From Schmidtea nova (taxonomy: Eukaryota), in the NCBI GenBank assembly GCA_044892505.1, contig CM097882.1, forward strand, positions 40,362,001 through 40,404,069: a stretch of DNA of 42,069 nucleotides, given 5' to 3'. The position numbers and the translations under genes were made by a program. Positions 11,694 to 24,822 of the stretch are shown piece after piece (the first letter of the stretch is position 1; each line of letters opens with the position of its first letter). The notes under the pieces are model-generated. The model was not told the origin of the DNA, did no database searches, and worked only from the letters and a program-made list of their open reading frames with translations.

Positions 11694-12808
11694 CAGTCGA
11701 TTCCGCTTAATCGGGACACATCGGGACTTATGCATTTTGTCCCAATTAAGCGGTTGTCCCAATTAAGCGGTTGTCCCAATTGAGCGAATTTTTTTTCTTT
11801 ATTTAATTTGGTTTTGGCAACAAAGTCAATAAACCAGTACTACAAATATAATGGAACACCATATATATTTTTTGGTTTTATTTTATAACCCCTTTGCTAA
11901 AATCTTTGCTAAAGTCTTGCTTTCCATCGTGATAACAACCATCAGTTGCTTTGAAATCATTGTGGCCTAGTTTTTTAGCTAACTCGTCGGACTTAGCCTT
12001 TAATATTGGACCATTTATATTTACGCCCTTGCCACTGACAATAAAAAACCATTGATCTAACGCTCCTTCAACGCCTGGATCCTTACCATCGCGTTTTCTT
12101 TTGAATGTGGCTGCTCGTCCTTCTTCTAACATCCATTCCTCGCGCAGTTGATTTTCTTGTAATAAGACACGCGATATGGTGGATTTAGGCACACCAGTTA
12201 TCTCAGCAAGCCGGCGACTGCTTGTATTAAGAGGCTGGCTTTTTATTTTGTCCAGCAAAGCGATTTTACTGGAAAGTGTCAAATCATTTCTTGGCATTAT
12301 GTATTGGGTCAAAATTTTTAAATAAATTTTTTAAAAAAATTACGCACTGTTTACCCGCAAGGTGTATTGGCGACTGAATAAGGTATACGCAAGGTGGTGA
12401 CGCGCCGATCAGCAGTATTAAATCGCAAATATAAAATTTTTTGTACAAATTTTTTTCTTGAGAATATTTAAACAATGGAATAAATCTTTATAATTATTTT
12501 ATTTTACTTTAAAATTATTAAAATTACTTTTAAAAAATTAAAATTACTTTATCATCATCTAAATTACTTTATTATCATAATTACTTTAACCGGTAAGCCT
12601 CAATACTTTCTATTATGTTGATTAGTCGTTAAAATAAATTAACATAAAATTTTTTGTTAATAAAGAACTAACCTTAAAAAATGTATGTACACATATCTTA
12701 AATTTACTGTCCCAATTAAGCGGAATGTTGTCCCAATTAAAGATATAATTTTACTATTGTTTATAGATTTGTCCCAAATAAGCGGCTGCCCCAATTAAGC
12801 GGTGTCCC
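11694..12808 (-). mobile_element. Tigger/pogo (Tc1-mariner) non-autonomous derivative; right end runs into an assembly gap
   Basis: TA|CAGTCGATTCCGCTTAATCGGGACAC terminus; GTCCCAATTAAGCGG repeats at both ends. ORF 11878-12312 encodes CENP-B-type HTH domains (LAEITGVPKSTISRVL, EGALDQWF, GPILKAK, FKATDG) and the DDE domain is deleted. Confidence 0.92.
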
Positions 12809-13106
12809 NNNNNNNNNNNNNNNNNNNNNNNNNNNNNNNNNNNNNNNNNNNNNNNNNNNNNNNNNNNNNNNNNNNNNNNNNNNNNNNNNNNNNNNNNNNN
12901 NNNNNNNNNNNNNNNNNNNNNNNNNNNNNNNNNNNNNNNNNNNNNNNNNNNNNNNNNNNNNNNNNNNNNNNNNNNNNNNNNNNNNNNNNNNNNNNNNNNN
13001 NNNNNNNNNNNNNNNNNNNNNNNNNNNNNNNNNNNNNNNNNNNNNNNNNNNNNNNNNNNNNNNNNNNNNNNNNNNNNNNNNNNNNNNNNNNNNNNNNNNN
13101 NNNNNN
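12809..13106. other. Assembly gap (298 N)
   Basis: Direct reading. Confidence 1.
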
Positions 13107-13857
13107 TTAAATATTGTATACTCACTGAAAAGACTGAAATGTAATGGTAGCATTAACACAAAAAAGAAATATCTGTGTATAAAAGAAATAATTGCAATAT
13201 TTTTAATATTTTTAATAACACTTCCCATTGAAACAGTGATAATGAGCAAATTTAATAAACACAAAGCTTGCTTATTTATCATGGTACAGTGATAAGTTTA
13301 GCTTAATTGAATATAATTCACGAGTGATTGAATAAATAAACAATGTTATTTATTGATTCTATACTTGTGGTTTAAAACCTTTTATGCTTGCAACCCAAAA
13401 CTCCATTTCATTCGCGACTTAACGTATGGAAAGACAAGAAATAGACAAACACAAAAACTATGCATATATATAAAGTAAAAACATAAGTTCTAAGAAAATA
13501 CGTAAATCTATTAGTTAACTTATGCATTTGCGTAATATTTTATCAAAAATATCAAATAAATATTAAAATATAGTATAGGTAATGCATACATTTGCTACAA
13601 TAGTATTAGTATCAACTAAATAAAAAAATTTTCATTCTTAAATGAAGATTACATCACATTTTTATTTTATTTGTCAAATGTAAAATACAATTGAAAAAGA
13701 ATATTCGTAAAACTCATGCACTTATAAAATATATTTCATTTAGTCTTCAAAAAAAATGAAAATTTTTGAAATAATAAAGGAAAAATCTAAGGTGAAAATA
13801 AAAGATGTTAATGAAATTATAAAATCGAATTTTAATAAATAATAACAAAATAAGAAT

Positions 13858-13927
13858 ATGGACGAAGGAAGATGGACGATGGACGATAGAAGATGGACGA
13901 TGGAAGATGGACGATGGAAGATGGACG
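13858..13927. repeat. 7-bp tandem repeat, 10 units (ATGGACG/ATGGAAG variants)
   Basis: Direct reading. Confidence 0.95.
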
Positions 13928-14829
13928 AAACGACCAAGATTATTTGAATTTTCATGTAAAATTTATCAAATTTGATTTTTAGAAGGAAATATTTTTATTT
14001 ACCTTTTACATTCCATTGACATTTGAAAACTATCAAAATACAAATAACAAGTGGTAAAGTAAGGTCTTGAATAATGCAATTCGTGAGTCTCAAATTATTA
14101 AGTAGGCTATATAAAAAATTTAGGAATGCTCATTAAGGTCATTATTTGTGTACCAAAAATTAAACGAAAACAATTATTTGAAGTTGCTCAGAATTTATTA
14201 ATATATATTATTAAAATATGTCGCAAAATGTTTATGAGTTAATTACAGTCGGTAATCCGTCAGTCTCGCTGCTATCCTTCAGATTTTTAACTTCATCGCA
14301 TGTTTAGTGTGTTAAATTTTCTTGTTATCCTGCACTCTTGTTCCCATACCGGCTGATTCACTCTCTTTAATCGATATACACTTATTATTTATTCCACTCT
14401 TTAAAAGATAATTAAAAACCAAAATATCTATAGTAAAAATATTTAGGATTTTTTCTATAGAGATCAAAATTACAGGAATTTTAAAAAAACAAATAAATGA
14501 TGATTAACAAATCTTAATATGAAATTATATGCTTACTATGTTAATGAAAATCTTATATTATAATTGGAAATAACAATATTAATATAGAAAGTTCTTATAA
14601 GTATTTTTTTATAATTTAAAAAAATTATATGTTAATGTTGTTTTTCATTAGTTTTACAAATCTTGAAATCGATATTCACAAACACACGCACACAAGAGAA
14701 CACTTTACCATAGTGTAAACGCCAGACCGTCCCGTAACAGATTTTACAGGAGACTCGACTGTGGACAATAAATTCCTTTAAACACACGCTTCACAATATA
14801 ACAACTACTACTAGCATGCAGTATCAGAA

Positions 14830-15330
14830 ATGTCACTAGAATTGATATTAGGTTTTATCGTGAAAATAAATACGTAATGGAAAGGAAAAGTGATTGGAGT
14901 ATCTGTTGTGTAACTATTACATTTCCAGTAATTAAAGATGTCTATTCTTGCATAAAATATCCTTGTTTTTTTGCACTGCGGCCCGTGAACAATTAAAAAA
15001 TGATAAATTGACCAGTCAGTTTAAAAGGTTGTGCTACAATGATTTATATGTTATAAAACGCTCTTATACCAATCAATGAGCTGGTTCAGTGATTCATTCT
15101 GACGAATGGCCTACATATTGACATAATAATGTTATACTTTACAAACACTTAACGGTGAACCATCATAGAGTAAACACACACGATTCGTCATTGGATTTCA
15201 AAATACACTTTTTGAAGAAAATACAAGAAGTTCCTGAGGAGCTGTTCACTCATACTTTGAACAGTGTTGAGAACTAAGTTTGTAAGTCTTGTCTGGAATA
15301 CTTTCTATCTCGATAATTTTTATCAATTAA
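14830..15330 (+). mobile_element. Merlin (IS1016/ISXO2-like) transposase remnant
   Basis: Fragments MSLELILGFI, IDQS-F-KR (cf. EIDES.F.KRK), GSVIHSDEWPTY* (cf. GS.IHSD.W.AY), HLTVNH, VNTH and EELFTHTL occur in the expected order. Heavily decayed. Confidence 0.65.
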
Positions 15331-15989
15331 AGTTTGCTAAAGGACTTTAGGCTGCTCAGAACTGAGTCCATAATTGTTATACATCTTGAAAGATACATGT
15401 TAATATTTTTCCGAAAAGTTTCGAATTTCTCAAAATATTTAAGTAAATATTGTTTCCATTCTTAAGTTCATTGTTGTTCATTGGAGAGTGATGGACATTG
15501 AATATTATTAATACAAGATATTAAGTACATAAACTGAATCATATCTTAAAGACCATCTAACTGCATAAAGTCTATAATGAAGAAATCTTGTATACTCATT
15601 ATCTTTATAATATCTATGATGACTGAAGTAACAGAAAATCATTTTAAAACTTGTCATATTACTTATTTTTAGTATTAATAAAGATTCCTATTTTTGAATT
15701 TTCTTTTATAATGTTATCTGTCTTTTACCTTTTTTTGTTTATAATGTTTTTCAAATATAATATAGTTATTTAGTTCAACTTTTAAAAGACTTTAAAATAT
15801 TTTTTATTTGTTTTGTGATATTACATTGTTTATTATTGTTATGTGATATTCCATTTATGTTAAAATGCATTTGTTATCCCTCAAGTTTTCACAGCACAAA
15901 AAGAACCAGCGCATATGGTCTATAAAAATTACTATTACATTCAGACCTGGAAATAGCTATTTTGTCTGAACCTATTTATAAATTATGCA

Positions 15990-18900
15990 TGCATTACTAA
16001 AAGACAATTGGAAGAATCATGAGATTTATTCAACGCACAATTATTTATAGCTTAAAGAAGAACTGCAACGTAATATTTAATGAAATATTACGTTGCCGTT
16101 AACCTATGATGCAATAGGTCATGACGCACAAGAATCTACATCATTACACGCCCCCGTGGCCTTATGATCGATTTCATAGTCTTTCATCTAATCCGGTGGT
16201 CGGCGCTCTCTTCTCGTTCTTGACGAAACTACACTAATAAATTCTGGATCATCTCGGTCTCTGTCACTTATCAGTTCTGTTCGTTCAGTAATATCATCGC
16301 AGTTGGAGACCCTTCAAATATGACTGACGTGTCTCGGAGTGCTATCGACTTCCACGTTTATTGAGAAATTGATTCCGGTAACTGTACCAACAGCCCAGGG
16401 TATGTCGCATTTTCCACTCGGCGGCTTGACGAATGCGAGATTCCCGACAGCATATTGATTTGAATAATAATTGTTGCGGCTTTCAAATTCGTCTTTGCTT
16501 CCCAGAAACTTCGGGAACCTCCACGTTCGACCAAAATGCATCTTTGCAGGTACTGTATTATCGCCTAGCCTGGCATTATAAAAGAAGACCGCTCTTAGCG
16601 GGTCACAGTCTGATCTCGCAACTATCCGCTTGATAGTTCTGCGGTTTCTTTCTGCAATTCCATTCCCTTCGGGATGTAGGCGCAAGGATATTTTAGATTT
16701 ACGTCCCACATATCTGCAAAACGTTTGAACTCGGTAGATCGAAAGTTCGTCCCGTTATCAGCCAACATTTCTTTCACTGAACCCTTTTCCAGAAACACAG
16801 TATCCAGTGAATTGATAATAGAAACCGAATCATCGTTAGAGATTTTCTTCCAGATGCAAGATCTTTTAGGCCCTCAATCTATAATTGAAAGCAAAAGATC
16901 CGCGTTTACACGAGTTACGTCAACAGCAATTTGGGTCCATTCTTCATTCACGTTCAATGTACCTTTTTCCCAGGTTATTGGAGCCGGATCAAACATCTTA
17001 CACTTATTACATGAATTGATAACTTCCTTAACAATATTGTAGCTAATCATTAGGTCATACTTCTTAGCTAAGTAAAACGTTTGATGCATTTTTGACACTA
17101 AAGATAGAGAAGAACCAGCAATGATTGGGAAGCAATATTTCATACAAGCTTTGGGTAACCGCGTCAGAGTGTCCGCGACGTTTTCTTCTGATTTCACCAG
17201 TTCGACGGATATTTCTAGTCCGAGCTCATCTTCTAACTGCTTGATTTTACCAATTCGCTTTTTAAACAACATCTCAGAGCTGCTGTTGGTATTCGCTTTC
17301 CTCTTTCCCGACAGAATGTTGTCAACCCATTTGAAAACTGTGACCGAATACGTTATGATGGTTAATCTTTGAACGCCCCATCTAGCCGCAAGATTAATAC
17401 CACGCAAACCACCTCTAGTTCTGCGACATTAATATGCAAATAATCGTCCTTCTTTTGTTACCACAAGGCATCTTCAATTATGTTTCTGTTGATTTCTAAA
17501 CAGACCCCCAGTGGAAGATTACTGACGTCACACCAAACTCTTCCTTCGCTGCATCTACTTACAGGCCAAATTCCTTTGACTGGATCTTCATTTGTCACTC
17601 GGCAGATCAGCTCTGATAGCATCCGTTTGCTCTCGACACCAACATCGTCATCCCATGAATCTGTCGCTCAAACGCTTAATGAAGCTACAGGCGACTCGCA
17701 GCCATTTTGCCACCGGATAGTGCCCAAACACATGACCACAAATAGAAAATAACTTTCGCCTTGAGCATGACTCGTTTACGTCAAGGTTTTCGAGTTGATT
17801 TCCTCTCTTCCACCTCAGCTCGTTGCTTTCTGTTCGCAAAATAGAGAGCCCGAACACCCTTGTGTTTTCGATGGGTACCTGATCTTTGGTCTTAAGTCCA
17901 ACCGAGTCGAGCAGTTCCACGACTGCCTTCGGATCCACCTTTGATGAGTCCAATATCATGCCGTCGATATAGATGAATATGGAATCTCAAATGACGGCAT
18001 TAGAAAAAAGCATCCTTTGCAAGATCTTTCTCCTGGGAGCCCAGTTTAAACCAAATCCTAAGCGAGTTAAACAGTAAGTCTTTCCCGCGTATTGAACCAC
18101 TTTATATCGCTACTGGTTCTTTTCAGTGTGAATCTGGAAGTAAACATTACGCAAATCAAGAAGAAATACTTCTTCTCCCATTCAACGCCACTGACGCATC
18201 GTCTCTGAGCAAACGTCGCTATCTCCTGTGTGACATTCGACCCACTCGTTTAGCTCTCGGAATGACATTACCGGCCGAATTTTTCCTTTATGAACTTGCT
18301 CAACTGCTAAGAAAGATATGACTCCGTCATGTAGCCCATGATATTCTTGCAACCAACCGTTTGAAATCCACTGCTGAACCTCTTTGTCAAAGGTTTCCTT
18401 CACATGTTCTTTCAAATGCTACATCCCGTGTTGATTTCTTAGCGTTGGTGAACCTCTAGAGTCTAGACAATTTTCAATGTACTGTCCACTTTTTCCCATC
18501 AAAATTGGCTTTAAAATCATCGTCGTCGATGAGGTCAGTGAGACACAATGGCTCCGCCAACGATACTGGGTTCCGGAAAGTAGCTTTATTTCCATCGATG
18601 TATAAGCCACCCTTTCGAACAATTGCATCCATTCCTAAAATAAGATCAATGCCCATTGGTAACTCATCCACCACCAGACACAATAAAGCAATTGAAGAGC
18701 CTTGAATTGTGAGATCGACTGGAGAGGATTCCCGAAATTCTAATTTTCGATCATCAATAATAACGATCCATTTACTAGACACGTAGTTTCCATTGAATCG
18801 ATCTTTGCGCAGAATCGACTGAGAACTGCCTGAATCTACCAAATCAATGCCGTGTTTTCCTTGGATTCGTACATTAATCATCCTGGCGCTTAGCACCTTG

Positions 18901-19270
18901 TTGTTCTAAGGGAAACTGCAGGTGCTTACTGCTTCCCCAAGAAGTTTTTCCGAACGCCGACATTCTCTGGCGAAATGGCCATCTTCACCACATGTAAAAC
19001 ATTTAAATTTGAATTTCTTTTTCTTTTTCGATACAATAACGCTCATAGCTTATGTTTTCCCGTTTTGCTCTTCTTTGGGCATTTTACCCTCCAGTAGTAT
19101 TCGAGCTTTTTCGATTAAAAACTCCTTGCTGTCCATCACCGTTTTTGCAATGCCTTCGATATTGCGGCTGGGAGACCAACAACAAAAGCCCCGACGATTA
19201 CTTCATTGCCTATTCTTGCCAGCTCCCCGAGGCGTTTTAGAGAGCCAAATAGTTTATTCTGCTAGTAAAT
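15990..19270 (-). mobile_element. Gypsy-3: decayed, 5'-truncated Ty3/Gypsy element with 3' LTR
   Basis: gag AFVVGLP and CFTCGEDGHFAREC; protease LVDSGS; RT CLTRLGFGLNWAP; RNase H WCD and HINVAEL; integrase LHPEGNGIAER. PPT GGGGGCG precedes the LTR start TGTAATG at 16148; the LTR has TATAAATA (16042-16049) and AATAAA (16025-16030). The LTR distal end is uncertain. Confidence 0.9.
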
Positions 19271-19606
19271 CACAAAATTTGGAATATGTATATTAAATTT
19301 ATTGGTCAACAAGATCAAAATGTATAGTCAGGATTATGTGCGAGCATCGCAAACTTCGTTATTATACTTAATTTTCTGACATTTTTATTTTAATCTTTGT
19401 AAATTTGTAAATTAACTTATACTCAAAACGGTTTGCATGACGATATACGGTAATTATTTAATAAACTGCATATTTATGAACAGGAACTTTTTTATGGTAA
19501 AATTATTGTATTGTTAAGTTATTGATATATTATCAGTAGGTAATCATGACTCCACGTAGACTATCTAGAATCTAAACTTTTCTCTATAACTTTTATGGCA
19601 GGTAAC

Positions 19607-22600
19607 GCCACAAATAAAGAAAAGAAATTGTTTTAATAAGTGGAAAAAAGGTAAAAGGCAGAATTTAAAAATAACACTGTGGTAGAAATAAAACTTGTGT
19701 TTAGCAAATTATTCAACAAGCTATCGCGGCATTATGATGGGAGAGCGAATCAAACTCGGAGACAGACTGAAAAATTTCTCTGGTAATGATGACTTGTCAT
19801 CGTGGCTGAAAAAATTCAAAATGTTGGTCGACTTACAAGCCTTGGGAGAAGTTACCAAGATATTACCTCTATTTCTCGAGGGACCAGCCTTTGTGGTGTT
19901 CGACCAGATGCCAGATGAATCAAAAACGAAATGGGAAGAAGTTTAGAGGACCTTGTTGGGGGCGTTTGGCCTTGATAAATACAAGGCATGGGAGCAGTTG
20001 ATCTCGACAAAGTGGAGAGGTGAACCAGTTGATGTTTTCCTGTCAGAGATTAAACGATTAGCAGCACTTCCAGTAGTTAATTCAGACGAAGTCGTTTTAA
20101 GGGCATTCATCGTAGGCCTGCCAACCGCGGTGTCAATTCAGTTGCGGGCGAGTGGAAAAATTCAAAAAGCATCGATAACTGAGATCGTTACTATGGCGAG
20201 AGCGATTATGGCAGAGAGATGATGCGTCATGTGCGGTGGTGTCTTTCAAAAACACAAGGTTTCAAAAATCTACCAAAGACGTAACGTGTTGGAATTGCAA
20301 AGAAGTTGGACACGTGGCCAGAAATTGCACAAAAGCGGGAAAAGAACAAAGGGAAAGATATGTACCGGATCTTCCCCCGAGACAAATATAAAGGCACTTC
20401 CAACAATGTTGGTCAGGGTCAATGGTAAATTAACCAATGCTCTAATTGACACTGGCTGCTCGCAATCCGTGATCAGAAAAGGACTCGCAGAGTCGAATCG
20501 TAATGTGCATCTGATTACAACTGCGGATGGCCGTAAAATATCAACCTTAGGTGAAGCAATGATTTGTATAGAATTTTTGGGTCGTTCTTTTAATGTTTGT
20601 GCACTAGTTCTTGAAGATGTCGTTGGTGATTTCGGATTGATTGTTGGGAAAGATGTGTTGTCGAAGGGTGTGACAATCAACATCTCATCAAATGGGATTC
20701 AATTAATTGCAGCAAGCACTGTCGAATGCGGTAGTCGAAATCACATTTCCGATGTTGATATTGAAGGTCCAGATACGATCACAATTGATGATAGAGATTT
20801 TGTCGCTTTCTTTAACGGAACGCAGTGGTCGGTGAAATGGAAGTAGATCCGTGATGAACGACCAACGAAGTTGAGGAATGGTACGAGCAGCTACAAAATA
20901 CCCGTCGATATTAAAGGTGCTTTCGATCAAGAAGTTCAGACGTGGATCGAAGAGGGTTGGTTGATTCCATTCGATGGTGAAGTGGAGTGTTTGTTACCAT
21001 GGATGGCAGTGAAACAAGATTCAAAGAACAAAGTCAGACCAGTACTTGATTATCGACATCTAAACAGCTTCATTGAGAGTCATACTGGCAGTACATCGGT
21101 ATGTGACGACAAACTAAGGAGCTGGCGGCAGAAAACGGGTAACCAAGTGATGCTCGACCTTTCAAAAGCGTACTTGCAGATCCGTGTAGATAGAGAGCTG
21201 TGGCAATACCAGGTGGTCAAGGTTGCTGGCCAACTATACTGTCTAACACGAGTCAGCTTTGATATGAATTGTGCGCCTAGAATCATGTCTGTAATTTTAC
21301 AGAAAGTACTCAGTATGCGAAATGAAATACAGAAGGCAACCGATAACTATGTGGATGATATAATCGTCGATGTTGACCAGATATCCATTGATGAAGTTAT
21401 AAATCACCTTTCTCGTTATGGACTCAAGATGAAACAGCCCGAATCAATAGAATCCGCAAGAGTTTTGGAATTACAAATACAGACTGATCACAAGGGAAAA
21501 CTCATTTGGTCTCGAGGAAACCACATCGACCTACCCAAGGTTGACCAAAGTTTTTCGAAAGGTGATTTGTTCTCTTTGTGTGGCCAGTTAGTCGGGCATT
21601 ATCCAGTATTTGGATGGCTTCGAATTGCGTGCAGCTTCATTAAGCGGTGCAGTGAGTGAGAGCACTGGGATGATCCAGTTGGTACAACGGCGAAAACAAT
21701 GATGAATGACTTACTAGAGTACAGGACCCTGTCCAGGGAGTCTGGAGGGCGAACGTACTCGAAGAAGTGGCAATTTGGTGCGACGCAAGTTCGATCGGCA
21801 TCGGAACATGTATCGAGGTCAATGGCCAAATAATCGAGGATGCAGCGTGGCTTCGTAAGGCCGATGATTCGGCTCATATCAATGTCGCTGAGCTCGACGC
21901 TGTGATTAAAGGGGTCAACCTGGCACTCCGATGGGGAGCATGCAGGCTTCGTATAATAACCGACTCGGCAACAGTAAAAGGTTGGCTAAATTGTATTTTA
22001 ACCGATTCAAGTAAAATCAAGACGCATGGCATAGCCGAGATGCTCGTTCGACGCCGATTAGGCATTATTCTCGAATTAAAAGAAAGCTATAACTTAACTG
22101 TAACAGTTGATTATATCTGTTCGTCAAAAAATAAGGCTGACGTCCTCACTCGTGTAAAAAGCACGTGGTTAAAACCACGACAGCAGGCGTTATGTTGCGC
22201 GTTGCAAGAGCAGATATCTGAGATTCATAATCAACATCATTTTGGTGTTAATAGAACATGGTATTTCGCGAAGATTCAAAATGATCAGATAACGAGGAAA
22301 GATGTGGAGAAAGTTGTCAGATCGTGTGACAGTTGTAAGGCGAATGATCCTGCACCCGTTCGATATCAACATGGTTCACTTGAGGTTCAGGAAGTGTGGC
22401 GTAGACTAGCATGCGATGTTACACATTACAATAATGATTGTTATTTCACATTGATAGACTGTGGTCCCAGCCGCTACTCACTGTGGATGAAAATAAGATC
22501 GGAAAACGCAAGAGATATTTGTGTAAACCTAATGCAGATATTCAGAGAAAGAGGAGCACCGGAGGAGCTTCTACTCGACAATAGCCCGGCGTTTCGATCA

Positions 22601-23251
22601 AACGAGCTGGCTGATTTGTGCAAAAGTTGGAATGCGCAAATTCATTTTAGTTGCGCGTATAGACCACAAGGCAATAGGATTATCTAGAGGAACCATCGCA
22701 CCATCAAGCGAAATGCAGCAAGGTGTCGGACAGATCCTTTTACAATGGTGCAATGGTATAATCTGGCACTGACTGATGGAACTGATGAGAAATCGTGCCC
22801 CCACATGAGATTGTTCAAATATCCGTGGAGACAAGAAGTCGGCGTCAAAACAGGAGGCATACAGCGAGGGGACAGAGTTTACGTTAAACCCTCGAATGTC
22901 AGATGCACTACTGAATGGCCAATCGGTGTGGTTACTAATCCGGTGGAGGATCAGCAAGTCGAGGTTAACGGCGTTCTACGACATAACAGATGTTCGTCGA
23001 GTGGAGACACCTGAGTGTGAACCTGTGGAAAGGCAACGATCCACTCGCGTACGGCGTCGTCCTGGATATCTGGATGATTATGATTACGTAGATGACTACA
23101 CCAGCGACGATCAAGAGTCTGTTTTGAAAACTACCAGTACTGATCATCTTGAAATCAGGGCGGAATGTGGTTTTAAAGAAAAGAAATTGTTTTAATAAGT
23201 GGAAAAAAGGTAAAAGGCAGAATTTAAAAATTATTTAAAAATTATTCAACA
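19607..23251 (+). mobile_element. Gypsy-4: decayed Ty3/Gypsy element, same lineage as Gypsy-3, with both LTR remnants
   Basis: A ~57-bp block is shared at 19615 and 23174, and both LTRs end in TTATTCAACA (19718, 23251). PPT AGGGCGGAA precedes TGTGG at 23166. gag, CWNCKEVGHVARNC, LIDTGC, DLSKAYLQI, YVDD, WCDAS, HINVAEL, HNQHH...CDSC, LLDNSP and YRPQGN are present. No TSD was found. Confidence 0.92.
20337..20376 (+). promoter_or_regulatory. Candidate -1 programmed ribosomal frameshift signal (gag-pol)
   Basis: Heptamer G_GGA_AAA in the gag frame, a 7-nt spacer, then stem-loop GGGAAAGAT/ATCTTCCC. Gag stops at 20389-20391 and the protease is in the -1 frame. Confidence 0.7.
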
Positions 23252-24822
23252 ATATTTATTAATCGTTAGAATTAGTCTTACCACTGAAAATTTATTAATA
23301 ATGTTGAGTAAATATAATCAAGATCTCTATATATTTGAAATTAAAATAAGTCGTTTGTAGCTCGAAATGAATTATATAAAGTTAGAAAGTCTCTTTGAAA
23401 AGTTTAATAAATGCGTTGAAAGAATGCTAGAGAATTGGAATAAAATGTCTTCAGTGTCAATTTTTAAATTATTAATATATTTTGTTGAGTTTTTAATATT
23501 AAGTCGGTACAAATATCTGACTCCTCGTTCTCCTTCTACAAAATAAGTCACCCAACACAATAACTTTATTTAATTTCAATACACCATTACAATTTCATTA
23601 ACACTTGTTAGTAATCTGCAGTTTTCAGCGATAGGGATGAGTCTTTCTGATACGCAATAATTGATCTATATTGAAACTCTGTATCTAACATTCTGAATAA
23701 CTCGTAAAACTATCTTCAACCAACTAGCAATAATACTAAATTCGAGTCTCTTTTTATAGTGTTTTTTGATTGAATTATTTGTCAGCGCAATTGATCAATT
23801 GTCTAAAAACCAATTATGTTATTTAGGTTCGGGCTTCATCTACATCATCCAATTTTCCCTGGTAATTAAATAATTTTGTTGATGACTCGGGTTTCCCTTA
23901 CCACTCGGGTTTTCCATTTGATAAAAAATTTTTTTAATTAATTTGTTTTTTCTTAATAATTCTTTCTGGGGACACCTTTTGGATTTTATTCTACCATAAT
24001 TGAATTCGTCTAATCATTTAGCATTCTTCCATGCCAGTTTCCCCCACTAAATCTGAAGTTTTTTATTTTTTCAAATTTAATTAATTTTTGTACTTTAATT
24101 ATTAATTTTTTTGTTTTTATTGATTTGCACTTAGTTTTTGTGCTTTATTTTATTTCGTGCTTGTTTAGACACAACCCCAACAATTTGGAAAGAACATTTT
24201 ATACTCACAAATCAACGATTTGATAAAGTCCTTTGACTAATGGTCCCTTATGAAAAAATAATAATAAACCTAAATTTAAGTCTTTATGCTAACCCTAAGC
24301 GGAGTCATGTTTGAATTTCTTGATGTTGAAAGTTCTATTTTTTATATATAAATAAATTTTAATTTAAAAATAAATAAAATTGTTCAAATTATTACATAAA
24401 TTAAAATGTTAACTCTTACAATAATATAATTTATTTAACATTTTTTTACATTAATAAAATCTACATTTAAATCTAATCGTAAAGTTTTAAAAATTCAATA
24501 ATTTTCCATGAACTATATTTAGTAAAAATTTATATAGATTTAAATCTATTTCTATTACAAAATAGCGGTCACAATGAATTACATTTGATCTTTATTTAGT
24601 GCATCGAGCGGTAAACAAATGGATAATAAATGAATATCAAGTGAACTGATCATGCACATTTATAGACTTTAAAATAAGCACACGAATTAAAATAGATAAT
24701 GTCCTCTATTTAATCAAGAATTAAAGTATAAAAATCTGTTTTGGATAGACTAATCAAAATGATATTGGATTTTTTTAAATTATCTACATTTTAAATTTTA
24801 ATTGAAATTAAATATTAGTTAC

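Noticed and set aside
12754-13282. ORFs spanning the N-run
   Set aside because: Artefacts of the assembly gap.
23372-24260. Candidate GLT1 exon 3 (including a WGKLAWKNA frame near 24030)
   Set aside because: No match to the expected GOGAT sequence, and in-frame stops.
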